Below are positions 5,964 to 15,101 of a DNA stretch of 15,101 nucleotides, piece after piece (the stretch's first letter is position 1; each line of letters begins with the position of its first letter). The notes beneath the pieces are model-generated. The model was not told the DNA's origin. It was given only the letters and a program-made list of their open reading frames with translations, and made no database searches. Source of the stretch: Chlamydiia bacterium (GTDB lineage: Bacteria; Chlamydiota; Chlamydiia; Chlamydiales; RGXB01); the NCBI GenBank assembly GCA_040382515.1, contig JBEIFH010000026.1, positions 1-15,101 of the forward strand. The letters run 5' to 3'. The translations under genes and the position numbers were made by a program.

Positions 5964-7472
5964 ATGGCTAATATGAAAAAAATGATCCTTGCACTCGATC
6001 AGGGGACAACTAGCTCGCGGTCTATTCTTTTTGATTTGGAAGGAAACGTCATTGCATCTGCACAAAAAAGTTTTCAGCAATTTTTTCCTAATCCGGGGCT
6101 CGTCGAACAGGACCCTCTTGAAATCTGGACCTCTCAATATGCCACTATGATGGAGGCTATAGCAAAAGCCAGGATCCGCCCTGACCAAATTGTAGCAATC
6201 GGGATCACCAACCAGAGGGAAACCACCATTGTTTGGGACAAAAAAACGGGGATACCCATTTATCCTGCGATTGTATGGCAAGATCGACGCACCGTAGGGT
6301 TGTGCGAAAAGCTGATTGCCGAGAATCGCTCAGAGTGGATACAGAAAACCACCGGTTTACAAATCGACCCCTACTTTAGCGCCACGAAGATCAGTTGGAT
6401 TTTAGACAACGTCCCCGGCGCGAGGGAGAGGGCGCTCAAAGGAGAACTGGCATTTGGGACTGTGGATACGTGGCTGATTTACCAGCTGACCGGAAAAAAA
6501 GTGCATGCGACCGACCCCTCTAACGCAAGCAGGACGATGCTGTTTGATTTGAAAAAAAATGCGTTTTCAAAAGAGCTTCTCGATCTATTTTCCATCCCCG
6601 AATCGCTACTCCCCCAAGTCCGCCCCTCGGCCTCCTCTTTTGGAACTGTTTGTCCCCAAATTTTTCCCCACCCGGTACCTATCACAGGGGTCATAGGAGA
6701 TCAGCAGGCAGCTCTCTTTGGTCAAGGTTGCTTTTCCAAAGGGATGGGTAAAATCACCTACGGAACGGGCTGCTTCATTCTGATGAATTTAGGGCATAAA
6801 GTCGAATATTCCAAGCACAAGATGCTCACGACGGTAGCCTGGCAGATCGGTGATGCCGTCACCTACGCTTTGGAAGGGAGCGTGTTTATTGGTGGAGCTG
6901 CCGTGCAATGGATTCGGGACGGGTTGGGAATCATAAAAAATTTCTCCGAGATCGAAGAGCTTGCCTCTAAGGTGCTCTCCACAGACGGAGTTCTGTTCAT
7001 TCCTGCTCTTACGGGGCTGGGAGCCCCCCACTGGGATCCCAAGGCCAAAGGGGCAATTTTCGGAATCACAAGGGGGACAAAAGCGGCCCATCTTGCTTTA
7101 GCCACACTGCAAGGGATCGCTTTTTTGGTGTACGACGTGATTGATGCAATGCAAAAAGACGCCGAAATTCCGATAAAAACGATGCGTGTTGATGGAGGGG
7201 TCTCTAAAAGCGATCTGATTTTACAATTTCAAACCGACCTTTTACAAATAGAGATCGAGCGCCCCCCCTACCCCGAAATGACCGCTTTAGGTGCCTCTTT
7301 TATGGCCGGGCTCGGAGTCGGAGTCTACAAATCAATTAAAGACATTGAAGGGCTCTACAGCGTCGAAAAAACTTTCCAACCCAATAGATCACTTAAACTG
7401 CAGGATCTAAAGGATCGTTTTCATAAAGCGATCGATTTGATTCGAGCTCTGGAGAAAAACGATGGATCGTGA
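5964..7472 (+). CDS. glpK: Glycerol kinase
   Basis: ALDQGTTSSR, GITNQRETT, IVWQDRRT, DPYFSATK, TDPSNASRT, GDQQAALFGQ, KITYGTGCF, YALEGSVF, GLGAPHWD, RVDGG. The start may be the in-frame ATG at 5973. Confidence 0.98.
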   Translation: MANMKKMILALDQGTTSSRSILFDLEGNVIASAQKSFQQFFPNPGLVEQDPLEIWTSQYATMMEAIAKARIRPDQIVAIGITNQRETTIVWDKKTGIPIYPAIVWQDRRTVGLCEKLIAENRSEWIQKTTGLQIDPYFSATKISWILDNVPGARERALKGELAFGTVDTWLIYQLTGKKVHATDPSNASRTMLFDLKKNAFSKELLDLFSIPESLLPQVRPSASSFGTVCPQIFPHPVPITGVIGDQQAALFGQGCFSKGMGKITYGTGCFILMNLGHKVEYSKHKMLTTVAWQIGDAVTYALEGSVFIGGAAVQWIRDGLGIIKNFSEIEELASKVLSTDGVLFIPALTGLGAPHWDPKAKGAIFGITRGTKAAHLALATLQGIAFLVYDVIDAMQKDAEIPIKTMRVDGGVSKSDLILQFQTDLLQIEIERPPYPEMTALGASFMAGLGVGVYKSIKDIEGLYSVEKTFQPNRSLKLQDLKDRFHKAIDLIRALEKNDGS

Positions 7473-9012
7473 AGCCATGCTGAAAAAGGGGGTCGAAACT
7501 CCCCTATTTGACATCATCATCATTGGTGGAGGAGCCTCCGGTTTAGGGAGCGCCGTCGATGCCGCCTCCAGAGGTCTTAAAGTTTTGCTTGTGGAACAGT
7601 TCGATTTCGGGAAAGGGACCTCTTCAAAATCTACAAAATTGATCCACGGAGGCCTGCGCTATCTGCAGCAAGGCAACGTCAAACTTGTTAGGGAAGCCTT
7701 AAAAGAGCGGGGTCTATTGACAAAAAACGCGCCCCATCTTGTCTCTGAAAGGAGATTTTTAATCCCCGTTTACCACTGGTATGAGTTCCCTTTTTATGGA
7801 GCCGGGCTGAAAATCTACGACTTTTTATCCTGTTCCTATAGCTTACGAGCCACCACATTTTTATCAAAAAAAGAGACTATTGAGGTCGCACCGCAAATTC
7901 GGCAAAACGGGCTTAAAGGGGGGCTTGTATACTCCGACGGACAATTTGACGATGCAAGGCTTCTGATCTCTTTGGCACATACGGCTACAGACTTGAAAGC
8001 GGTGTGTTTGAATTACATGAAAGTAAAAGAGCTTATCAAGGAGGAGGGGATCGTCAAAGGGGTTGTCGTCGAGGACTTCTTCACAAAAAAAACATTCCGA
8101 TTCCGCTCAAAAGTCGTCTTAAACGCCACCGGGGTTTTTGCAGATGCCGTTCGCCACCAGGACAACCCAGAAGCGCATTCGATGATGGCGCCCAGTCAAG
8201 GGATCCACCTAGTCTTGTCCCGTAAATTTTTAAGCCTGGATACGGCGATTCTTATCCCGCGTACTGCAGACGGCCGAGTCCTGTTTGTCGTCCCTTGGCT
8301 TGATAAAGTTCTTCTTGGAACAACAGACACTTTTAAAGATAAAATCGAACTGGAACCAAAATACCAGGAGGAGGAGATCGAATTTCTCCTTAGTGAAGCT
8401 GCAAAATACCTAGAAATTCCCCCTACGCGAAAAGATATTCTGAGTATTTATGCGGGCCTCAGACCCCTGATCCGTGATAAAAACAAACCGACAAAAGCGA
8501 TCTCGAGGGAGCACCTGATTGAAATCTCTACAGGAGGGCTAATCACCCTTGTCGGTGGGAAATGGACAACATTTAGAAAAATGGGTGAAGACGCAATAGA
8601 GGCTTGTGGTAAATTTTTAAAAGCAAAATGGAAGCGCTCAAGAACTGAGAAACTAAAACTCCATGGCTATATGGATGTAGTCGATCGAGATGACCCGCTC
8701 CTCCCCTACGGTTCAGACAAGGAGATCATCCAAAAAATCGCTAAAGAAAAAAGCTCTTATGCAAAAAAAATCCACCCTAAACTTCCTTACATTATGGCTG
8801 AGGTGATTTTTGCTCTACGGCACGAAATGGCTTTTCGCCTGGAGGACGTCTTTTGCCGTCGCACGCGAGCCCTCTTTCTAGATTCAAAAAGCACCCTTGA
8901 GGCAGCCCCCGAAGTGGCTAAAGTCTTAGCGGCTGAGCTCGGCTTCGACGAGGATTGGATCCAAAAAGAATTGGAAGCGTTTCATGAAGTTGCCAAAAAC
9001 TTTACCCCATGA
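7462..9012 (+). CDS. glpD: FAD-dependent glycerol-3-phosphate dehydrogenase
   Basis: IIGGGASG FAD motif, DFGKGTSSKSTKLIHGGLRYL, DGQFDDARL, NATGVFAD, AGLRPL, GGKWTTFRKM, DVFCRRTR; overlaps glpK by 11 bp. Confidence 0.97.
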   Translation: MDREAMLKKGVETPLFDIIIIGGGASGLGSAVDAASRGLKVLLVEQFDFGKGTSSKSTKLIHGGLRYLQQGNVKLVREALKERGLLTKNAPHLVSERRFLIPVYHWYEFPFYGAGLKIYDFLSCSYSLRATTFLSKKETIEVAPQIRQNGLKGGLVYSDGQFDDARLLISLAHTATDLKAVCLNYMKVKELIKEEGIVKGVVVEDFFTKKTFRFRSKVVLNATGVFADAVRHQDNPEAHSMMAPSQGIHLVLSRKFLSLDTAILIPRTADGRVLFVVPWLDKVLLGTTDTFKDKIELEPKYQEEEIEFLLSEAAKYLEIPPTRKDILSIYAGLRPLIRDKNKPTKAISREHLIEISTGGLITLVGGKWTTFRKMGEDAIEACGKFLKAKWKRSRTEKLKLHGYMDVVDRDDPLLPYGSDKEIIQKIAKEKSSYAKKIHPKLPYIMAEVIFALRHEMAFRLEDVFCRRTRALFLDSKSTLEAAPEVAKVLAAELGFDEDWIQKELEAFHEVAKNFTP

Positions 9013-9069
9013 AAACAAATATAATTAGAATTTTTTTTTAATCCGAGATTGTTTATGGGAAAAGATACG

Positions 9070-10545
9070 ATGGAAGCTTTTTCCAAAAATAAATTATTTG
9101 CCCTTGGTCTATTAGCGGTTTGCGGCGCCTGTCATAAAGAGACACAACATCCGGCCATTTCACAGCCGATTTCTTTGCATCAACCCCTTGATGAAGCGTT
9201 CACATCCTACCAATTTTGCAAGGGCGATTGGCCTTCGCGTCAATGGTGGGGGTTTTTCCAGGACTCCCAGCTAAATTTCCTAATTGAAAAAGGGCTTCGG
9301 GAAAACCCGTCCTTGAAAATGGCTCAGGCCAAATGGATCAGCACCTTAGAATATGCTAAGGTAGTAAAAAGTAAACTCTACCCCCAACTTAACGGGAACT
9401 ACGTTGAAGATTGGACCTATTTTGGGAAAAACGGTTTTGTCCTTGGCTTTTACCCTCTGCCCCCTACGCTCTCTCCCCCCAAAAGCGCTAACATCATAGA
9501 CCTGTCGCTAAATTTCTCCTATGAATTTGATTTTTGGGGAAAAAACAAACAAAGGTACCAAGCGGCTCTCGGGATCGCCATGATGGAGTTGGCCGAATCG
9601 ATTCAAGCAGAGCTGATTTTAAGCACGATGATCGCCTACGCCTATTTTGAATACCAAACCCACCAAACCCTTTTGTGCTTAGAAAAGCAAATTTATAACA
9701 ATTACCAGTCGATCTCTTCTCTTCTACAAAAAAGGGTCTCTACCGGCATCGACAACGCTTTTCCCGAGTTAAATATCGAAAAAAAGCTTTTTGAGACCTC
9801 GCAACAAATCATCGAAATTGAAAAAAGTGTAGAGATCGATCTCGTTGTATTGAAAAATCTTGTGGGCAATGGTCCAGATAGCTTTTTAGAATTAGAGCCG
9901 GTGCCCCTATTTTCAGAAAAACCACTTCCGGTCCCTGAAAATGTGGGTCTGGACCTTTTAGGACGAAGACCCGATTTGATAGCTATGATCTGGCAAGCAG
10001 AAGCGGCCAGTAAAGAGATCAAAGTTGCCAAGACCGAGTTCTATCCAAATATCACCATCGGAGCAAATGGAGGGGTAGAATCGTTACATTTCAACACCCT
10101 TTTTTCGTCCAACAGCTTAACAGGTTCTTTGATGCCCGCCATCAGCCTCCCGCTTTTTACGGGGGGTAGGCTTGAAGGGAACCTTAAGCAAAAAATCGCC
10201 CTTTTCAACGAAGCGGTATACAACTACAACAATGGCCTTTTGGAAGCTGTCAAGGAGGTCAGTAGCGCTATTTTTGAGTTGAAAGCATTTTATGCCCAGA
10301 CCCAGGTGCAAAAAAAAGTCGTTGAAAATCGTTTGGACAAACAAAATCTTACACAAGAGCGTGTAGAAAAAGGGTTAGATACCCAGCTAAACTTCTACTA
10401 CACCCTCATCGAAACTTTAGAGGAGAATATCCAAAAAGCTAAATTGGAAAATTTCCGCTATGCAGCCCTTGTACGCCTGATCAAATCTTTGGGTGGCGGC
10501 TTTGAAACACAAGAGCTCCCCGAACTTGTAAAGGGGGGGAAATGA
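9070..10545 (+). CDS. Efflux outer-membrane factor lipoprotein (NodT/OprM/TolC family)
   Basis: Lipoprotein-like signal (MEAFSKNKLFALGLLAVCGAC), WWGFFQDSQLNFLI, YEFDFWGK, LLGRRPDL, FYPNITI, LPLFTGGRL, C-terminal LIKSLGGGF. Start chosen at ATG 9070; the frame is open from 9049. Confidence 0.93.
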   Translation: MEAFSKNKLFALGLLAVCGACHKETQHPAISQPISLHQPLDEAFTSYQFCKGDWPSRQWWGFFQDSQLNFLIEKGLRENPSLKMAQAKWISTLEYAKVVKSKLYPQLNGNYVEDWTYFGKNGFVLGFYPLPPTLSPPKSANIIDLSLNFSYEFDFWGKNKQRYQAALGIAMMELAESIQAELILSTMIAYAYFEYQTHQTLLCLEKQIYNNYQSISSLLQKRVSTGIDNAFPELNIEKKLFETSQQIIEIEKSVEIDLVVLKNLVGNGPDSFLELEPVPLFSEKPLPVPENVGLDLLGRRPDLIAMIWQAEAASKEIKVAKTEFYPNITIGANGGVESLHFNTLFSSNSLTGSLMPAISLPLFTGGRLEGNLKQKIALFNEAVYNYNNGLLEAVKEVSSAIFELKAFYAQTQVQKKVVENRLDKQNLTQERVEKGLDTQLNFYYTLIETLEENIQKAKLENFRYAALVRLIKSLGGGFETQELPELVKGGK

Positions 10546-11744
10546 GCGATCCCAATACGACACAAAATCTCGAGCCGGTTGATAACAAGAAAAGAAACAG
10601 ACTCATGATTGGGATTTTTGTGATTTTGGCTTCTATTGGCGCCGCCTGGTTTGTCTACCGGTTTAGCTATGGGAGATTCCATAAATACACAAATGATGCC
10701 TACGTAGCGGGAAATACGGTGATGATCACCGCCCAGGTGCCCGGCATCGTCACAACGATTTTTGTACAAGATGCAGACTTTGTCCAAAAAGGGACACCCC
10801 TTGTGCAGATTGATCCGACCGACCACCAAATTTATCTCGACCTCCTTTTGGATGAGTTGGGTAGAACAGTGCGTGAAATCGGACAGCTTTTTGCAAATGT
10901 GCAGATTGTGAGGGCGGATATTCTTGCTAACACCGCTCTTTTATTGAAAAAAACCGAGGATTTTGAACGGAGAAAAGCCCTAGTCCCTTCCCTGAGCGTA
11001 TCTTTGGAGGATTTTTCCCACGCCAAATACGACATGGAGAGTCAGGAGGCGGTTGTCCTCTCATTAGAAAAAAAACTCTTGGGACTGCTTTCTCAAACAG
11101 AAAACACCACCATACAAACCCATCCAAAAGTCCTTGCCGCCAAACAACAGGTGTTGCAGGCCTACATCAATTTGAAAAGGTGCACCCTGTATGCTCCCGT
11201 TTCGGGTGTGGTTGCACAAAGGACTGTGCAAGTGGGAAAATGGGTGCAAGTCCCGCAACCCCTCCTCTCGGTTGTCCCTTTGGACCAGATGTGGATCGAG
11301 GCGAATTTCAAAGAGACGCAACTGAGCGATGTGCGCGTTGGGCAACCCGTTAAAATCCGCTCCGATATGTATGGATACGGTGTCGAGTACCAGGGTGTCG
11401 TTGCCGGGGTCGGTGGAGGCACAGGGAGCGCGTTTTCGGTTCTTCCGGCCCAAAATGCGACAGGGAACTGGATCAAAATCGTGCAACGTGTCCCGGTCCG
11501 GATCGAACTGCCCTCCGAAATGCTGCAGGATTTCCCCTTAAGGGTCGGTCTGTCCATGGAGGTAACTGTGGATACCAGACAAAATAAGGGGTCGATGACG
11601 CCCCAAGCTAGAGTTTTTTATGATCCCCGTTTCAGCACCGATATTTATGCCGAGGAAGAGGCCGGCGGATACGAGCTTATTGAAAAAACCATACAAGCCA
11701 ACCTCCCCCCTTTTACAAAAGAATTAGAACAAAATGACAGCTGA
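10542..11744 (+). CDS. emrA: Membrane fusion protein, EmrA family
   Basis: N-terminal TM, TNDAYVAG, APVSGVVAQRTVQVG, WIEANFKETQL, GTGSAFSVLPAQNATGNWIKIVQRVPVRI, PLRVGLSM; ATGA overlap with the upstream gene. Confidence 0.96.
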   Translation: MSDPNTTQNLEPVDNKKRNRLMIGIFVILASIGAAWFVYRFSYGRFHKYTNDAYVAGNTVMITAQVPGIVTTIFVQDADFVQKGTPLVQIDPTDHQIYLDLLLDELGRTVREIGQLFANVQIVRADILANTALLLKKTEDFERRKALVPSLSVSLEDFSHAKYDMESQEAVVLSLEKKLLGLLSQTENTTIQTHPKVLAAKQQVLQAYINLKRCTLYAPVSGVVAQRTVQVGKWVQVPQPLLSVVPLDQMWIEANFKETQLSDVRVGQPVKIRSDMYGYGVEYQGVVAGVGGGTGSAFSVLPAQNATGNWIKIVQRVPVRIELPSEMLQDFPLRVGLSMEVTVDTRQNKGSMTPQARVFYDPRFSTDIYAEEEAGGYELIEKTIQANLPPFTKELEQNDS

Positions 11745-13287
11745 ACGCGCTCTAGAAGCACCCTCAAATTACCTGGAGGGTTTAGCTAGGATCCTCTCCA
11801 TCTTTGCCCTTTCCCTTGCAACCTTTTTAATTGTACTGGATCTTTCTATTGCGAACGTTTCTATCCCCTACATTTCGGGAGATCTCGGTGTAGCAGTAGA
11901 TCAGGGAACCTATGTGATCACCTCTTTTTCCGTTGGAAATGCTATTGCCCTCCCCATGACCGGATGGCTGACCGAAAGGATTGGGGCCGTCAAGCTGATT
12001 GTCTACTCGATAATCGGTTTTGTGATCTTTTCCACTTTTTGCGGTCTATCGGTAACCCTTCCGATGCTGGTGATGTGCCGCTTTTTTCAGGGTTTTGTAG
12101 CCGGACCCCTCGTTCCGTTGAGTCAAAGTCTACTTCTCTCATCGAATCCTCCAAGCCAAAAATCGATAGTTTTAGGGATTTGGAGCGCCGTTATTGTTGT
12201 GGGACCTGTGATAGGCCCTATTTTAGGGGGGTGGATCACATTTAATTACTCTTGGCCCTGGATTTTTTTGATCAATATCCCTACAGGGATCCTCTCCGCC
12301 CTTATTTTATCCCTTACCATGCAGAAGTTTGAAACTCCTGTGAAATCTACACCTGTAGACAAAGTCGGTTTCTTTCTTTTGGCATGTTCGGCCTCCTCCT
12401 TTCAATTTGTGTTAGATAAAGGGGAGCAATTTGATTGGCTCCGTTCCAATCTAATAGTCACGCTCTCTATCGTGTTTAGCGTCGGATACCTCTATTTTTT
12501 TTTATGGGAATACTTCAAAAGCAATCCGCTAGTCGACCTTTCCCTTTTAAAATTCAAAACCTACACGCTGGCAATTATATATCTCATCTTCATGTACTCA
12601 AGCTATTTTGGAGCGATCGTGATCGTCCCCCTTTGGCTTCAAGAGAGTATGGGTTACAATTCCGTCTGGGCAGGACTTGCCGTAGCGCCTCTCGGCATAC
12701 CCCCCCTTTTTTTTAGCAAAATCGGCACCTGGGCAATGCAAAAATGGGGGAATCTTGTCTCGTTAGGAATCGCCCTGTTTTTTTTCTCCCTCTCGAGTTT
12801 TTATACGGCCTATTTTGCAACAAATGTGGATGTTTGGCACGTGATGTTTTCAAGATTGGTAATGGGGTTCGGGCTTGTGTTTTTCATCTCTTCGATTATC
12901 TCTTTAAGTGTGGAGCAGATTCCCATAGAAAAGCTCCCTAGTGCCACCGGATTTTTCCATTTTGTACGTACAATATGCTCCGGGATCGGAACCTCCCTTT
13001 TCACAACTATGTGGATACGGCGACAATCGTTCCACCATGAAAGGCTGGGCGAGTGGATCACCCCCTATTCGGCTAGTTACGAGGGTTTCAAAAATCAGTT
13101 AGGGGCTTCGGGTCTTTCGGATACTGCAGTCCATGTAGCCACAAACGAGCTCGTCAATCAACAAAGCGCTATGATGTCTATCAACGACATCTTTTTTTTC
13201 ATGGGTTGGGTTTTTCTCATCTTGCTGATAGCGCTACCCCTTGGAAGAGCTTCTAAAAAAATTGACGATCCGATCCCAAAATTCTAA
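11734..13287 (+). CDS. emrB: DHA2-family MFS efflux transporter, EmrB family
   Basis: LATFLIVLDLSIANVSIPYISGDLG, PMTGWL, RFFQGFVAGPLVPLSQSLL, GPILGGWIT...SWPWIFLINIP, LDKGEQFDW, PLWLQESMGY; overlaps emrA by 11 bp. Confidence 0.96.
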   Translation: MTAERALEAPSNYLEGLARILSIFALSLATFLIVLDLSIANVSIPYISGDLGVAVDQGTYVITSFSVGNAIALPMTGWLTERIGAVKLIVYSIIGFVIFSTFCGLSVTLPMLVMCRFFQGFVAGPLVPLSQSLLLSSNPPSQKSIVLGIWSAVIVVGPVIGPILGGWITFNYSWPWIFLINIPTGILSALILSLTMQKFETPVKSTPVDKVGFFLLACSASSFQFVLDKGEQFDWLRSNLIVTLSIVFSVGYLYFFLWEYFKSNPLVDLSLLKFKTYTLAIIYLIFMYSSYFGAIVIVPLWLQESMGYNSVWAGLAVAPLGIPPLFFSKIGTWAMQKWGNLVSLGIALFFFSLSSFYTAYFATNVDVWHVMFSRLVMGFGLVFFISSIISLSVEQIPIEKLPSATGFFHFVRTICSGIGTSLFTTMWIRRQSFHHERLGEWITPYSASYEGFKNQLGASGLSDTAVHVATNELVNQQSAMMSINDIFFFMGWVFLILLIALPLGRASKKIDDPIPKF

Positions 13288-13371
13288 AAGATCCATCTAG
13301 AAAAAAAATCTTTGAATTTATTTTTTTTAAAATCTATTTTGATTTTTTAATTAGTATTAGGTTTTCTCAAT

Positions 13372-14213
13372 ATGTTCAAAAAACTTTTTCCTAATGCCCT
13401 CTTTGGGTGTTTGACACTTTTTGCAGCCCAACAAAATACTAAGCCGGGGCAAAATTCAAAAACCGCCCAAGAATATACTAAAGAAACAGAGCATTTTACT
13501 GTCGGAGTCTATGGAGGAGGCGGAGGATTTGGTGTCAGCAATTTTCGGCAGACGGGCACCATCTTTTATCCTGCTTCATCGGGAGGGACACGGGTATGAC
13601 CGCATCCTCAGGAGGGCGCAGTTCCGGTGCCGGCTTTGTCGGTTTGCAGCTCGGCTATTTGTGGCCTGAACTAAAAGATCAGAAGAAACCACAGAACTAG
13701 GAATTGAAGATCGGGACTGAATTCGAGGGGTATTATATCGGAACGTCTCTCAAGCCCCTGCTAGGATCTAGAACTGTGACTGAAGGGAGATTCCAAAACA
13801 AATTCCCGATCAACGAAGGGACTTTGCTTGCAGGTGTCGTGCTCCATTTTTATGCCGACGAGGGGAAAAGATTCCACCCCTTCGTTGGTGGTGCTGTCGG
13901 CGCAGCAGTTCTAACAGCTCACGATGCGACCTCGTTCCAACAGAGCCCGCCGAAACCCGGAATCAACCACTTCAATACCAATACGACGGCAACCGCCTGG
14001 TCATTCGCCGCGCAAGGGAAGATCGGACTGATGTTTGATATCGATGAGCATTTTAGAGCATTTGCCGAGTACAGGTTCCTCTATCTCACACCCGCCTCGT
14101 TCACATTCGGGAATACCAGGTATTCCAACCACCCGGCAACAAGCAACTGGCGCGTCCGCTTTGGCAATATGTACATCAACCTAGGCGATGCCGGTATTGC
14201 CTACCATTTCTAA
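13372..14213 (+). pseudogene. Disrupted outer-membrane beta-barrel protein (OmpA-TM/OmpW/opacity-like small barrel)
   Basis: Frame 1 gives a signal-peptide-like start and first strand (FTVGVYGGGG), stopping at TGA 13597-13599. Coding continues in the -1 frame (MTASSGGRSSGAGFVGLQLGYLWP...) through an in-frame TAG at 13698-13700 into ELKIGTEFEGYY...HPFVGGAVG...FAAQGKIGLMF...AFAEYRFLYL...AGIAYHF, ending in the terminal Phe typical of OMPs. Confidence 0.85.
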
Positions 14214-14232
14214 ACGCCCTATCAAATACACA

Positions 14233-15101
14233 TCAAGAGCCCTTTGAACGAAGGGCTTTTTCTTTGTAAAAAACGATAAGACACCCTGCAAAGAAAAATA
14301 GTAGGGACACTAGGTAGAGCCCATAGGTTGTCCTTAAACCAACTATAAAGCCACCTATAATTGGGGCTAATGTCAAAGCCAAAGAAAATAGGGTCAAAAC
14401 GATGCTCAAAACCCTTTGCCGGATATCTTTGAAAAAACCGAAATAGCCCACTTGCTCCACATTATACCAAACCAAAGATGCCGAAAGGGTGATAGTAGGC
14501 ACAAGGAACCAAAACCAAAAAAGGTGCTCAATAAAAGGGATGCACAACACCCCGATTGCCGCTAGGAATAGACCCCATCTCGCCAGTTTGGCTCCCGAAA
14601 TTTTCCCCTGCAATTCGGGCCCAAAAAAAACAACTCCCAAAAACCAAAAAACGGCGATATAGGCAAATAGGTCGCACACGGTGCTCCACCCCAATCCATA
14701 ATTTTGTAACAAAAAACTGGGAAATGAGAAAAAAAGGAGGATCCATGCACTTAAGAAAATAAAGAATACAGCCCAGAGGCGATGGTAGCGCAAAAGGGTT
14801 ACCAGCGTCAAAAATTCGCTCAAGATTTCTATAAGAAATGACCTGTGTCCCCTTTTAACCTTTTTTTTAGGGGTATACAAAAGAAGAAACAGAAAATTGA
14901 CCGCATAAAAAATAGCAAAAAATAATGTGGGTGTCATCCAGCCCAAAAAAGAGGACTCCATTAATTTAGCACCTACAAGAGGACCTAAAAAAAAGCTCAG
15001 AGCCCCGATCCCTAGTAGGTGATTCAAAAGATGCGGGTGGGCCTCCTGGGGATGGGCATCCCACGATCTCATGAGCGACACTTTCGTGTTCGCAGAACCG
15101 A
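14233..15101 (-). CDS. MFS transporter (DHA1/TetA-like), 5'-partial
   Basis: The frame stays open from the ORF-track start (15081) to the window edge (GSANTKVSLMRSWD). Motif-C-like GIGALSFFLGPLVGAKL, C-terminal LAPIIGGFI, about 8 TM segments visible. Confidence 0.85.
   Translation of the reverse strand, partial: GSANTKVSLMRSWDAHPQEAHPHLLNHLLGIGALSFFLGPLVGAKLMESSFLGWMTPTLFFAIFYAVNFLFLLLYTPKKKVKRGHRSFLIEILSEFLTLVTLLRYHRLWAVFFIFLSAWILLFFSFPSFLLQNYGLGWSTVCDLFAYIAVFWFLGVVFFGPELQGKISGAKLARWGLFLAAIGVLCIPFIEHLFWFWFLVPTITLSASLVWYNVEQVGYFGFFKDIRQRVLSIVLTLFSLALTLAPIIGGFIVGLRTTYGLYLVSLLFFFAGCLIVFYKEKALRSKGS

Noticed and set aside
5594..13061. Numerous short nested or antisense ORFs within glpF, glpK, glpD, OMF, emrA and emrB
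   Set aside because: Largely or fully overlap conserved genes; typical shadow ORFs with no motifs.
13421..13669. 82-aa plus-strand ORF as the middle part of the OMP
   Set aside because: Wrong frame; the beta-strand-like continuation (GFVGLQLGYLW) is in the frame of 13596/13704.
13698..13700. TAG recoding or alternative genetic code
   Set aside because: TAG is used as a normal stop elsewhere in the window (NUDIX gene), and the same gene carries an independent frameshift, so pseudogenisation is simpler.
1..15101. CRISPR array, tRNA/rRNA, IS/transposase, prophage genes
   Set aside because: No regularly spaced repeats, cloverleaf or rRNA signatures, or mobile-element proteins were seen by eye.

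Overview
Bacterial window, moderately AT-rich with many homopolymer runs. Gene style suggests an environmental Chlamydiota-like, host-associated organism, but this is inference only and no marker gene is present. The left third (1-5.1 kb) is an accessory region. It holds a >=390-aa minus-strand ORF running off the left edge (missing from the ORF track), a NUDIX hydrolase, three orphan hydrophobic proteins, an unlisted 54-aa single-TM protein, and a 158-aa amphipathic helical repeat protein with its own promoter and terminator. It also has a ~200-nt GC-rich intergenic segment that can fold as one long rod (candidate structured RNA). The middle holds a glycerol-utilisation locus (glpF divergent from glpK-glpD), followed after a short gap by a tripartite efflux pump (OMF lipoprotein, EmrA, EmrB). 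The right end has an outer-membrane beta-barrel gene broken by a frameshift plus an in-frame TAG, and a partial MFS transporter. No rRNA, tRNA, CRISPR array or transposase was seen.
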